From the IMG/VR virus record IMGVR_UViG_3300034152_000554: 34,261 nucleotides of DNA; one strand, given 5' to 3'. The notes below the pieces were generated by a model. The model was not told where the DNA came from and made no database searches. It saw only the letters and a program-made list of their open reading frames with translations. Source of the stretch: an uncultured virus (IMG/VR IMGVR_UViG_3300034152_000554). Its lineage: Duplodnaviria > Heunggongvirae > Uroviricota > Caudoviricetes. A program made the position numbers and the translations under genes. Below are positions 1 to 8,500 of this stretch, piece by piece; position 1 is the first letter of the stretch; each line of letters opens with the position of its first letter.

Positions 1-1
1 G

Positions 2-103
2 GCAGTAGTGGTTCTATACCATGACAAGCAAGACCGGGAAGCGTCCCGCTTGACGATCGGGGCATTACTGCCCTGGGTTATTGCTAGAGCATTGTTTTTC
101 TGA
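2..103 (+). CDS. 3' end of an upstream hypothetical protein (partial)
   Basis: Frame 2 is open from the window start to TGA at 101-103 (AVVVLYHDKQ...ARALFF). The stop overlaps the GAGG RBS of the next gene. Confidence 0.45.
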   Translation, partial: AVVVLYHDKQDREASRLTIGALLPWVIARALFF

Positions 104-111
104 GGTGTGAG

Positions 112-1599
112 ATGAACCTGGCAAGAAGTAATCAACTATACACTGTCACGCTATCCTCTTCCAAAGCAGAGATAGGTCGGGTTGCAACAGAACTGGTTGA
201 GCAGGTCATCAATCCAATTGCTAACAACACAGCAGACTTACAGGAAATTGTCTGGCAAGCGTATCGGTACGGGCAGACCAAACGAGTAGACCCAGCAGTT
301 ATTTACTGGGTTTTAGATCGTTGGGCTATGGCAGTTAACATCGCCGCTGAACAACTTCGAGATGCTTGGCAGTTTATTTTGCATAACAGAGCCAGGACTG
401 ATCTGGAAGTTTCATCTCTTCAGGTAGCTGGTGGGCCGATGCCAGCATCAGAAAACCCTGGGATCGTGCAGCAAACAACTGATGCCCCTACTGCAACTGG
501 TTTTAAGATGCCAGAGGTTAGCCAGTCCGATCAGGTTTATAGCCAGATTGCCAAGATGGGCAGCCATTTAGCAATCGTCTGGAACGAGTGTTTGACCCGC
601 CGCAACTCTGCTAATGGTGAAATTGATTCCTATGTTGCCTATAAAGAGTGCAATGTCGGTAATCGCAATGTTGATCTGGTATTTGATTATGATCACACAA
701 AAGTTGCTTTGACTAAGGTGCAACAGCAGCTTAGCGCTTTAATTGTAAAGACACGGTATTTCCCAACCCCTGACGATGTTGAGCTATTGATCAGAGGTGG
801 CGGAATTGTTTTACGAATCCGTAGAAGTAACGCCCAGGATATTTACTTGCAGGACTATCAGCCATTAGGAAAAGGAGATTATACAAAGCCTCCTATGTTC
901 TGGCTGGGGATTGATGAGTTTCTTCAGCAAGTTGTCACACCGATCGAGAATACAATTATCGGTGGATCAACTGCTGATCGAATTGCGTTCGCTCACACAC
1001 AAATACAATGCTTACTCAGGCAGGCTCGCCCTGGAACCCTCGACATATCGGTTATTGACCTGTCTGGAAACGGTCGTGGGATTGAGTTTGCCAAATACAG
1101 AAAGCAAGGCGTAAAGCATGTGACTGAAATCCCGAAGATTCAGAAGTTCTTTGAAATTGCTTTACCAAAATTTACTGACAAAATTTTTGAAACCCTTTCG
1201 ATGAATGGAGTAACGAGTGTTGGTGAATTGAATCATAACTATTCACTCAACGAATCAAGCAGTTTTGTTCGCTGGCAAATCATCTGGATTCAGGATGTTG
1301 ACCTACTGGCCCGGAAGTATCCAGGTGATTTCCGCTCACAAATAATTGATGCAATCGCCCAGAGCGAAGGGGCTGGCATTTTCTGGATACTGTCATCCGA
1401 CCGGCCTGACCGTAATGTGATTCCGCTGGAGCTAAGACAACGGATTACTGGTCGGGTTTGCTTTCGTTGCAACAGTTCAGGAGATTACCAAATCATCCTT
1501 GGCCCTGCTGATGGACAGCGACCCAAGCTCAGGGGTAACGGTGAAGGCATTGTGCAGATCGATGGACGGGAAGTTTGGTTTCAGATGTTTAGAGTATGA
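112..1599 (+). CDS. FtsK/SpoIIIE-like protein with degenerate ATPase motifs
   Basis: The C-terminal half follows the FtsK pattern (IIGGST.., VIDL, IIWIQDVDLL, GIFWILSSDRPDRNVI..., RITGRVCFR, ILG..KLRGNGEGI). The Walker A GKS and Walker B DE are missing. GAGG RBS upstream. Confidence 0.7.
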   Translation: MNLARSNQLYTVTLSSSKAEIGRVATELVEQVINPIANNTADLQEIVWQAYRYGQTKRVDPAVIYWVLDRWAMAVNIAAEQLRDAWQFILHNRARTDLEVSSLQVAGGPMPASENPGIVQQTTDAPTATGFKMPEVSQSDQVYSQIAKMGSHLAIVWNECLTRRNSANGEIDSYVAYKECNVGNRNVDLVFDYDHTKVALTKVQQQLSALIVKTRYFPTPDDVELLIRGGGIVLRIRRSNAQDIYLQDYQPLGKGDYTKPPMFWLGIDEFLQQVVTPIENTIIGGSTADRIAFAHTQIQCLLRQARPGTLDISVIDLSGNGRGIEFAKYRKQGVKHVTEIPKIQKFFEIALPKFTDKIFETLSMNGVTSVGELNHNYSLNESSSFVRWQIIWIQDVDLLARKYPGDFRSQIIDAIAQSEGAGIFWILSSDRPDRNVIPLELRQRITGRVCFRCNSSGDYQIILGPADGQRPKLRGNGEGIVQIDGREVWFQMFRV

Positions 1600-1608
1600 G
1601 GTATAAAA

Positions 1609-1881
1609 ATGGAAAAGGTTTACATTGTTTTCGATAGCTGTGTTATTAACTCTGGCTCTAATGAGCCTCCTTTCACAGAAGACGATGATGTCTTGGGTGT
1701 TTTTTCGACACCTGAAAAAGCTGATCTGTATATCGAGCATTTGTGGGACAATATTCCAGGTCTTCAAAACCAGCAACACAAATTCTTGCGGGAATCCCCC
1801 AAGGTGATTGTTAAAGGATCTTCGGGGGCTATCTATTGGCTTGAGTATGACGTTGACGATCTCTTAAGGGGGATAATTTAA
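1609..1881 (+). CDS. small hypothetical phage protein (VY..DVLGVFST.EKA type)
   Basis: GAGGT RBS; translationally coupled to the next gene; resembles the C-terminal half of 25837..26334. Confidence 0.7.
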   Translation: MEKVYIVFDSCVINSGSNEPPFTEDDDVLGVFSTPEKADLYIEHLWDNIPGLQNQQHKFLRESPKVIVKGSSGAIYWLEYDVDDLLRGII

Positions 1882-2072
1882 TGAATGACTATCCTATTGG
1901 CAGTACGTGGAAAATTGTTGGCGACAAAGGGTTTACATTCAAGATCATTGAACACGGCCATTTGTCTTTGAAAACTGATTGCCAACTTGGATGGATCGGC
2001 CTGAACGAGATTCATTACTGGAAGAAACACAATCATATTCAGCGCATCGATCTTGCAGATGAAGAACATTAA
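1881..2072 (+). CDS. hypothetical protein
   Basis: TAATG overlap with the previous gene; GGGGA RBS. Confidence 0.6.
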   Translation: MNDYPIGSTWKIVGDKGFTFKIIEHGHLSLKTDCQLGWIGLNEIHYWKKHNHIQRIDLADEEH

Positions 2073-2958
2073 ACGCTTTGCTACTATCCCCCTTTTCTCA
2101 GGAACTATTCTCTTAGTTTCCTTCGGAGGTCTTTTCAATAGTTTTCAGGCAGGAGAAGAAAATGCCAATTCTAATTCTAATCGTCATAATCCTGGTAGCT
2201 TTCTTTCAGGGCTTGCGGATGAAACAACGATTGAAAGCGCTGGAGAAGAACCAGGATCTAATCGTTCGAGTTCTGAACGAGAATCCGAAACAGTATCGAT
2301 TACCGAAAGCACTCAGACAGAAGAAGTAGACAAGTGGGCAATCATCCGGGCGTTTATCAGGACAATCTACTGCGCTGAAGGAACGTATGACTGCTACCCG
2401 GATCGAGATAACCACTACCGAACCAGAGGGATTGGAAACCCTGATGGAATCAGCGGTTATCATCTACTGTTTGGTGGTGACACTGTTGATGATTTATCAA
2501 GACATCCTGACATTTGCATTCCATTCAACTGGAATGGTCGGCAAGATTGCTCAACTGCTGCTGGTGCAGCTCAATGGCTTACAACGACCTGGGAAAACAA
2601 TCTGGAGAACTGCCCATTAGCAGTTGATCAGAGCTTTGAGCCATATAATCAAGACCTGGTTTTGCTGTGTCTGTTGAATAACATTGGAGTTCTCGACATC
2701 AATTACAGCAAGACTCCTGCTGTTATTAGCAGTGACAGCTTATTGTTTGCAGCCGTCAAGTCAATAGACGGGTTTCGAGATTTGAGCGATCGCACTCTGT
2801 CCCGGAAGTGGGCCAGCTTCCCATGCTTTACTGGCACAGATCATTTTGGTTCCCAGTGTAATGGAACCAGTTATTACAGTCAGGGTGGCAAAACGATTGA
2901 GGAGCTATGGGAAATCTATAACCGAGAGCTGGAGATGGAGATGAGAGATAATGAATGA
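2059..2958 (+). CDS. lambda-lysozyme-like (GH104) muramidase/lytic transglycosylase with N-terminal signal/anchor
   Basis: Motifs AFIRTIYCAEGT (catalytic Glu), GYHLLFGG, DLSRHP, STAAGAAQWLTTTW, F.P.NQD, KWASFP, YSQ. Hydrophobic N-terminus followed by a Ser/Glu-rich linker. ATG at 2059 preferred over TTG at 2053. Confidence 0.85.
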   Translation: MKNIKRFATIPLFSGTILLVSFGGLFNSFQAGEENANSNSNRHNPGSFLSGLADETTIESAGEEPGSNRSSSERESETVSITESTQTEEVDKWAIIRAFIRTIYCAEGTYDCYPDRDNHYRTRGIGNPDGISGYHLLFGGDTVDDLSRHPDICIPFNWNGRQDCSTAAGAAQWLTTTWENNLENCPLAVDQSFEPYNQDLVLLCLLNNIGVLDINYSKTPAVISSDSLLFAAVKSIDGFRDLSDRTLSRKWASFPCFTGTDHFGSQCNGTSYYSQGGKTIEELWEIYNRELEMEMRDNE

Positions 2959-3304
2959 ACAGTATGACCAGCCGCTCAGGCTTGAACACCTAATTGGTTA
3001 TAACAAAAACGCCAACCTGGCAGATCAGTTTGTAATCTATAATCGCTTTGATGTCTGGGATGACAGCAAACCCAAAAAGAAACTCCTTTGCCCTGAAGAG
3101 TTTTGGTTTGTTGTCAATGACACACTTTCTAAGATGCGTCCAGTTCGATTGTTGGGTACAGACAAGGTTTGCGTTTATAACTATAATGACCCAGGCGACC
3201 GACGAACGCTTTTGAATATCTGGTTTTTGAGCAGCAAACTTCATAAAGAAGTGTTAAGAGCTATATCTCTTGCTGATCTCGTTGAGCGTGGAATCATGGA
3301 GTGA
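2951..3304 (+). CDS. hypothetical protein
   Basis: Overlaps the muramidase stop; GGAG/GAG upstream; operon context. Confidence 0.65.
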   Translation: MNEQYDQPLRLEHLIGYNKNANLADQFVIYNRFDVWDDSKPKKKLLCPEEFWFVVNDTLSKMRPVRLLGTDKVCVYNYNDPGDRRTLLNIWFLSSKLHKEVLRAISLADLVERGIME

Positions 3305-3307
3305 ATA

Positions 3308-3514
3308 GTGATGTTGATGAAAAAGAAATGGATAACTAAAGCGTTGATACTTAGTGGGTACTTCGCATCTGGAGTTGCAATTGGATTGATTGCAACTGAA
3401 GCACCTAATAAACAAGCCTTGTTTGCTGGAGTGCTTGCCTACATTCTGTTTAAACAAGCCTTGTTTGCTGGAGTGCTTGCCTACATTCTGTTATTTGGAG
3501 GGTATGAGGAATGA
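3308..3514 (+). CDS. small membrane protein with an internal 14-aa duplication (possible holin-like)
   Basis: Hydrophobic; KQALFAGVLAYIL occurs twice. Confidence 0.6.
   Translation: MMLMKKKWITKALILSGYFASGVAIGLIATEAPNKQALFAGVLAYILFKQALFAGVLAYILLFGGYEE
3409..3492 (+). repeat. perfect 42-bp tandem duplication (2 copies)
   Basis: TAAACAAGCCTTGTTTGCTGGAGTGCTTGCCTACATTCTGTT at 3409-3450 and 3451-3492. Confidence 0.97.
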
Positions 3515-3666
3515 CCTCACATGGTTATGATTTTTTTGCTTATCTATTTCTTGGACTATGGCTTGGTATGCTTGCCAGTGGTATTATCAACTGGGTAACA
3601 ATTGTATTTCTGGTTCTGATGATTTTGTTCGCTATCGCTCACGTTAAAGATGTGGAGGGAAAATAA
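3511..3666 (+). CDS. small 2-TM membrane protein, 51 aa (not in the ORF track)
   Basis: ATGA overlap with the previous stop; MTSHGYDFFAYLFLGLWLGMLASGIINWVTIVFLVLMILFAIAHVKDVEGK; its TAA directly abuts the next ATG at 3667. Confidence 0.7.
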   Translation: MTSHGYDFFAYLFLGLWLGMLASGIINWVTIVFLVLMILFAIAHVKDVEGK

Positions 3667-4101
3667 ATGCTTAATGTCTATCAACCCTGGGAGCCTCGAA
3701 AAGATGCCGGTATTGTTGCTGATTACAAGGGACTGGTTGAACTGAAGCGGCAAATTGAAAAAGCTCTTGAGCGTATCCATTTAGAACGAGAAGCAAGCAC
3801 GGACAATGAAGCCAGTCCGATGCTGTTTACTCACCGGGCTTTTGACGGGGCTAATGTTGGGTATGATTTCAAGCTGGTCTTTTGTGGTGATAATGAGGTT
3901 GTCAGAGAGTTAGTCCCTGACGGTAGTTATACCACCGACCCCTATTTGCTGACGACTAGCGCAATCAATTATGCCATCGGCCCACTGTTCCAGAGAACTC
4001 CTGAAGAGATGGAACAAACTTACGAAATCAAAACCCTGGTTTTCATGAAAGAAGATCCGATGACAATATCCAAATGGAGAGGAATTGGAGATGAAGATTA
4101 G
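3667..4101 (+). CDS. hypothetical protein
   Basis: GGAGG RBS; coupled to neighbouring genes. Confidence 0.7.
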   Translation: MLNVYQPWEPRKDAGIVADYKGLVELKRQIEKALERIHLEREASTDNEASPMLFTHRAFDGANVGYDFKLVFCGDNEVVRELVPDGSYTTDPYLLTTSAINYAIGPLFQRTPEEMEQTYEIKTLVFMKEDPMTISKWRGIGDED

Positions 4102-4354
4102 CTGTAACAACTGTCAAATGTCTGACATGACCCGCATAGAGGCTGGCTTGTGGAGAATTACCATTACAGCCAGAGCGCTTAAGGTGTGGAAGTATCATTA
4201 CTGGCATTTGGCAATGCCACGCTGGACAGGTCATCAAAACCATTGGGTATTTCAATGCCCTTGGATAACTGTTGCGATAAGGAAAAGCATTGATGCTCCC
4301 TGGCGACCTGGAGATGTAGAGCAACGGATTGGTCGTATGGAACGGGTAGAATGA
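4091..4354 (+). CDS. small Trp-rich hypothetical protein ending in a copy of the DarB helicase motif VI
   Basis: GAGGA/GGAG before ATG 4091; CxxC near the N-terminus; C-terminus IDAPWRPGDVEQRIGRMER is identical to the DarB-like protein. Confidence 0.6.
   Translation: MKISCNNCQMSDMTRIEAGLWRITITARALKVWKYHYWHLAMPRWTGHQNHWVFQCPWITVAIRKSIDAPWRPGDVEQRIGRMERVE
4289..4345 (+). repeat. 57-bp exact direct repeat, copy 1 (copy 2 at 9504-9560)
   Basis: ATTGATGCTCCCTGGCGACCTGGAGATGTAGAGCAACGGATTGGTCGTATGGAACGG is identical at both sites. Confidence 0.97.
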
Positions 4355-4557
4355 TGATACGGAGATATGTGACTGGATTGTTGATTGACTTCATGTTGTA
4401 TTTCATTTTCTTATCAGCAGTTACGGGAATGATTGTGTACGGTTATAGCAAGGTGCAGAACAAGTATGAGTTAGCACCACCTCCCAGCGCTGCTTTTCTG
4501 GCTGAACGAATTGCTATTGTTTCTGCCCTTGCTGCTGTAGTCGGGCCACTGAAGTAA
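4351..4557 (+). CDS. small membrane protein
   Basis: ATGA overlap; two hydrophobic segments. Confidence 0.65.
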   Translation: MMIRRYVTGLLIDFMLYFIFLSAVTGMIVYGYSKVQNKYELAPPPSAAFLAERIAIVSALAAVVGPLK

Positions 4558-4569
4558 CACACCAACGGG

Positions 4570-5052
4570 ATGAAAGTAATCTGGTACACCTCACTATTTA
4601 TGTCTGGGCTGGCAGTTGCCAGCCTGGGCTATCTCTATGGATGGTGGAGCGATGTAGCGCTGGTTACATTCATCCTGACTAATTTGATTTGCTACTTGGT
4701 TGGACGGCTTAGCTATCCAATGAGAAAAGAGTGGTTTATCCTCTTGCGAGAATATCTTCTGCTAGAGGAGAAAAAACGCAATGATATTGTTATGAGCCGT
4801 GAAGAGCTTGAGCGACAGCAGAAAATGTTGTCTCACTATACAAACCTGCTTGGGTATATTAGTGATGACCCGCTGGATCAGGATGGGCATTGTAAATATT
4901 GCGGAAGCTGCAATACTTATCTGGTTGATTATCCCTATGACCCCGACCTGCATAAAACAAACTGCTTTGTACCCCAGGCTCGATTATTAGCAACAGGTAA
5001 AGATGTTGCACGGAAGCCAGTAGAGGAGCCGCACGTTGAGATCCTGCTGTAG
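4570..5052 (+). CDS. membrane protein with a coiled coil and a C-terminal Cys/His (Zn-finger-like) motif
   Basis: Two N-terminal TM segments; HCKYCGSC...H..NC. Confidence 0.65.
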   Translation: MKVIWYTSLFMSGLAVASLGYLYGWWSDVALVTFILTNLICYLVGRLSYPMRKEWFILLREYLLLEEKKRNDIVMSREELERQQKMLSHYTNLLGYISDDPLDQDGHCKYCGSCNTYLVDYPYDPDLHKTNCFVPQARLLATGKDVARKPVEEPHVEILL

Positions 5053-5081
5053 CTGATAGCTTTTCTTCCACCGCTTAATTC

Positions 5082-5098
5082 TCTTAATTCCTTTCAGG
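5082..5098 (+). promoter_or_regulatory. intergenic 17-bp motif, copy 1 (TCTTAATTCCTTTCAGG)
   Basis: Matches copies at 11087, 21917 and 33564; ends 33 nt before ATG 5131. Confidence 0.55.
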
Positions 5099-5130
5099 TT
5101 TTTTTCTGCTGCCATTTAAGCGAGGTTTTT

Positions 5131-5475
5131 ATGAGTATCGAAGCTATTGTTCCCCGGTCTGAGTTTCAGGACTGCCAAGTACAGGCAGAGCTTATTAATT
5201 ACGGGGCTGTTCTGATTCAGCCAATTAAAGATTACGAACACTTATACAAGTTTGTGGTCAGGTGTCTACCCGAAAATCCCAAGGATCAGGAAGTGTATGA
5301 TCCCGATGAAGGATGCCTGGTACAGGTGTCTCAACTTGTGTACTGCTATCAACCTGTTGATAGTTTGACTGCAACACAGGTAATGTGCCGCCAAGGGCTA
5401 AGCGGGCTATCACCAAGAGGGATCGATAACTGGGTTGCTGTTGAGCGACACCCTTTTTTAGAAGATGAGTTTTGA
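5131..5475 (+). CDS. hypothetical protein
   Basis: GAGG RBS; 114-aa ORF. Confidence 0.7.
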   Translation: MSIEAIVPRSEFQDCQVQAELINYGAVLIQPIKDYEHLYKFVVRCLPENPKDQEVYDPDEGCLVQVSQLVYCYQPVDSLTATQVMCRQGLSGLSPRGIDNWVAVERHPFLEDEF

Positions 5476-5506
5476 CTTCCAGCCTGGTTGATGATAAAAT
5501 ATATCA
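5472..5506 (+). promoter_or_regulatory. sigma70-like promoter with palindromic operator TGATAAAATATATCA (5492-5506)
   Basis: TTGACT at 5472-5477 and TAAAAT at 5495-5500 (17-bp spacer). The operator overlaps the -10 element. Confidence 0.7.
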
Positions 5507-5528
5507 GCCAGTTAGGACACATGCACGG

Positions 5529-5568
5529 AAAGGGGTACTGAGTTTTTTAATTCAGCCCCTTTTTTTTT
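5529..5568 (+). terminator. intrinsic-terminator-like hairpin in the DarB leader
   Basis: AAAGGGG(TA)CTGAG...TTCAGCCCC followed by 9 T. Confidence 0.65.
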
Positions 5569-5588
5569 AACCACTATGAGGTCAAATT

Positions 5589-8500
5589 ATGATTGCTATT
5601 GATAAGCTGCAAGAAACTATTGCTCACCACATTGAAACAACTGGCCCCAAAGGTAAAGCCGATGCAAATATCAGGGCTATTAAAGCTCTTGATAACGGCT
5701 GCAATCTTGATGACGTTGCACTGTTTACTGGATTCGGCGGCCTTAAGTGGATCTTTGAGGAACACAACCAAGAGTGGGCCAGCCGCTATCAAGAATTAAA
5801 GAGCATTCTGAATGAGGAAGAATACAATTCTCTTAACGCAACGATTCTGAATGCTCACTACACCACGCCTGAAGTGGTTAAGCTGGCATGGAGCTTGGTT
5901 GAAGCCTACCAGTTTAAGCCGACTTCAGCTACTCGCATCCTTGATCCCAGTTGTGGGACTGGGTATTTCAAACTGTTTGCACCTGAGTCTGCTCAGTCTG
6001 CTGACTGGACAATGATTGAACTTGATAAGGTAACTGGTCAGATTGCCAAATCCCTTAATCGAGATGCAAATATCATCATCCGAGGCTTCGAGCAAACGTC
6101 ACTGCCAGGTGACTATTACGACCTGGCAATCAGTAACATTCCATTTGGAAGCTACCAGGTGTATGATCCTGAGTTCAAACATTACAGTGCTTTCCGCATC
6201 CATAACTATTTCTTACTCAAGATGATTGAGTTAGTGCAACCGGGCGGGTTAGTGTGTGTCATTATCAGTTCCGGATTTATGGATGCAGGAGGAAATGGGC
6301 CGATCCGTGATCTGGTTGCCACCAAAGCCAATCTGGTTGATGCGTATCGATTCCCGTGTGAAACATTTAAGAAGTTCGGCACAGAAGTCACAACTGACCT
6401 GCTGCTATTTCAGAAGCTCGGTGATAATGTCGTTCGTGACAGAAAGCCCCAGTGGACTCAGGTAGTTGAATCTTTGAGCCGTCACGCAGAATACTGGGAT
6501 ACAAAAGACCATAAATGGAAACGGGTGTTGGTCAATAAGTTCCTGGCAAGCAACCAACGTATTGCTGGAATCACGACCACTGATCAGTTGCATCCTGGAC
6601 GGGCTGCGGCATCACTCATGAACAAGATGCCACTCGAAGATTGCCTTTATAAAATGAAGGCAGCAATCATTGAAAATGCTGAAGGCATTAGTCTGGCACT
6701 GCCAAAACCATCAACTGCAAAGCTAAAGCTGCTACCAGTTGAGTACCAGCATCTTGAGAATGGACAATACTTTATTGTCAATGATGAACTATACCAGCGC
6801 ACTGGTGCGTCAATGGTTGAGATCACCGACAGGCGAAAAGCTGGCAACATTCTTGCTGGCTTGCGGGTACTTTATGCAATGAACCAGCTAATCCATTGCA
6901 TGAAAAACGATGACCCCGAACAGGAGTATTACCGAGATGAGTTGAACTCACTCTATGACGCTTATGTCAATGAGTACGGTGTGTTCCGCAAGAACTCTAA
7001 CCGCAAAGTGTGGGAGGGAGACTGGCGCTACTATCAACTGACATCGCTTGAGACTCCTGATAATCAGAAAACAGATATCTTTCGGGTGCAGACAATCAGA
7101 CCAGTGTTAGCGCCTGAAGCAGTCAATCCCCAAGATGCCCTTATTGCAAGCCTGGTTGTGAAAGGCAAGGTCGATCTTGACTATATGCAAGAACTTTTGC
7201 CTGATTGCTCATTGCAATTCATCACTGATTCTCTGGTTGGTCAGATTTTCTTTGACCATACCGAACAACGCTGGATGCAACGGGACGAGTTTCTGAGCGG
7301 TGATGTTGTTGAACGGCTAAAGGCTGAACGGGAACACGGAATCCAGGAAAACATTGAAGCACTTGAAAACGCACAGCCGCTTTACATTCTGCCTAATGCA
7401 GATATCAGTATCAAAATTGAAGTGGCTGAAAGGCTGGGCGGCGACAGCAGATGCAATTTGAATCCACAGGCAGTCATTAAGCCCAAGCTAGGCCAGCCGT
7501 GGTTGAGTATAGATGATATCAAAACATTTATTGCTGACCTGATCCATGCCAGCAAAACCAATATCGCAGTTGGCTTCAGTAAAACAACTGGAACATGGCA
7601 GGCAAAATATGACAGTCCGTACTATAACTCAGCCAATGACGCTCTTGGTACACCTGATTATAGTGCTGTTCAATTAGTTGAATGTGCCCTTAACAATCGA
7701 AGTCCGGTTGTTAAGATGACAGTCTTTAATCCAGACGGGACTGAAAGGAAAGTTACCGACCATGACAAGACTGAAGCGGCACGGGCAAAGATGGAATCAA
7801 TTGAACGTAAGTTTGCTCAGTGGTGTTTTGAAGATGTTGATCGTGCTTATCGGCTAACTCTGGCCTATAACAAAACGATGAACCGCTATGTTGAACGCAA
7901 GTATGACGGTTCATTTATCAACTTTGAAGAACTGAGCGACAATTTTACTTTGCGCCCCTACCAGCGGGATTATGTTTGGGCATCAATCCAGGAACCAGTA
8001 ACAGCCTGGGGTGTAGCAGTTGGAGGGGGCAAGACCCTGATGGCTGGTCTGTTAGCTGTACGACTTAAGCGAATGGGCTTAGTCAATAAATCAATGGTTA
8101 CTGTGCTGAAGAGTACGGTCAATCAGTTTGCTGAACAGATCCGAATGTTTATCCCTGGAGCAAAAGTGCTGGCCCCATCTGAAAAAGACTTCCAGCCTGG
8201 TAATCGCCGTCAGTTGATTAGCGCAATCCGAACTGGTGATTGGGATTTAGTTATTCTGTCTCATTCGCAGTTCAATGCAATCTCAATGAGTACCGAAGCT
8301 CAAATGGACTATCTTACCAATGAGCGAAGAGGCTTAGAGCAGGATCTTAAAGATATCATGAAAACCGCTGGCACTAAAGGGGCTGCCACCAAAGGGATTC
8401 AGTCTCGATTGCGTTCAATTGAAAAGCAAATCGCCAAAATCACTAACCGGGACATTACCAGGGGCACAGTAGATTGGGAAGACCTTGGGCTTGATTTGCT

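Noticed and set aside
2786..2793. HIP1 (GCGATCGC) enrichment as proof of a cyanobacterial chromosome
   Set aside because: Only one perfect copy was noticed by eye in 34 kb, so it is not enriched. Host assignment rests on protein similarity only.
3409..3492. CRISPR array
   Set aside because: Two abutting copies with no spacer, in frame within a CDS, and no cas genes.
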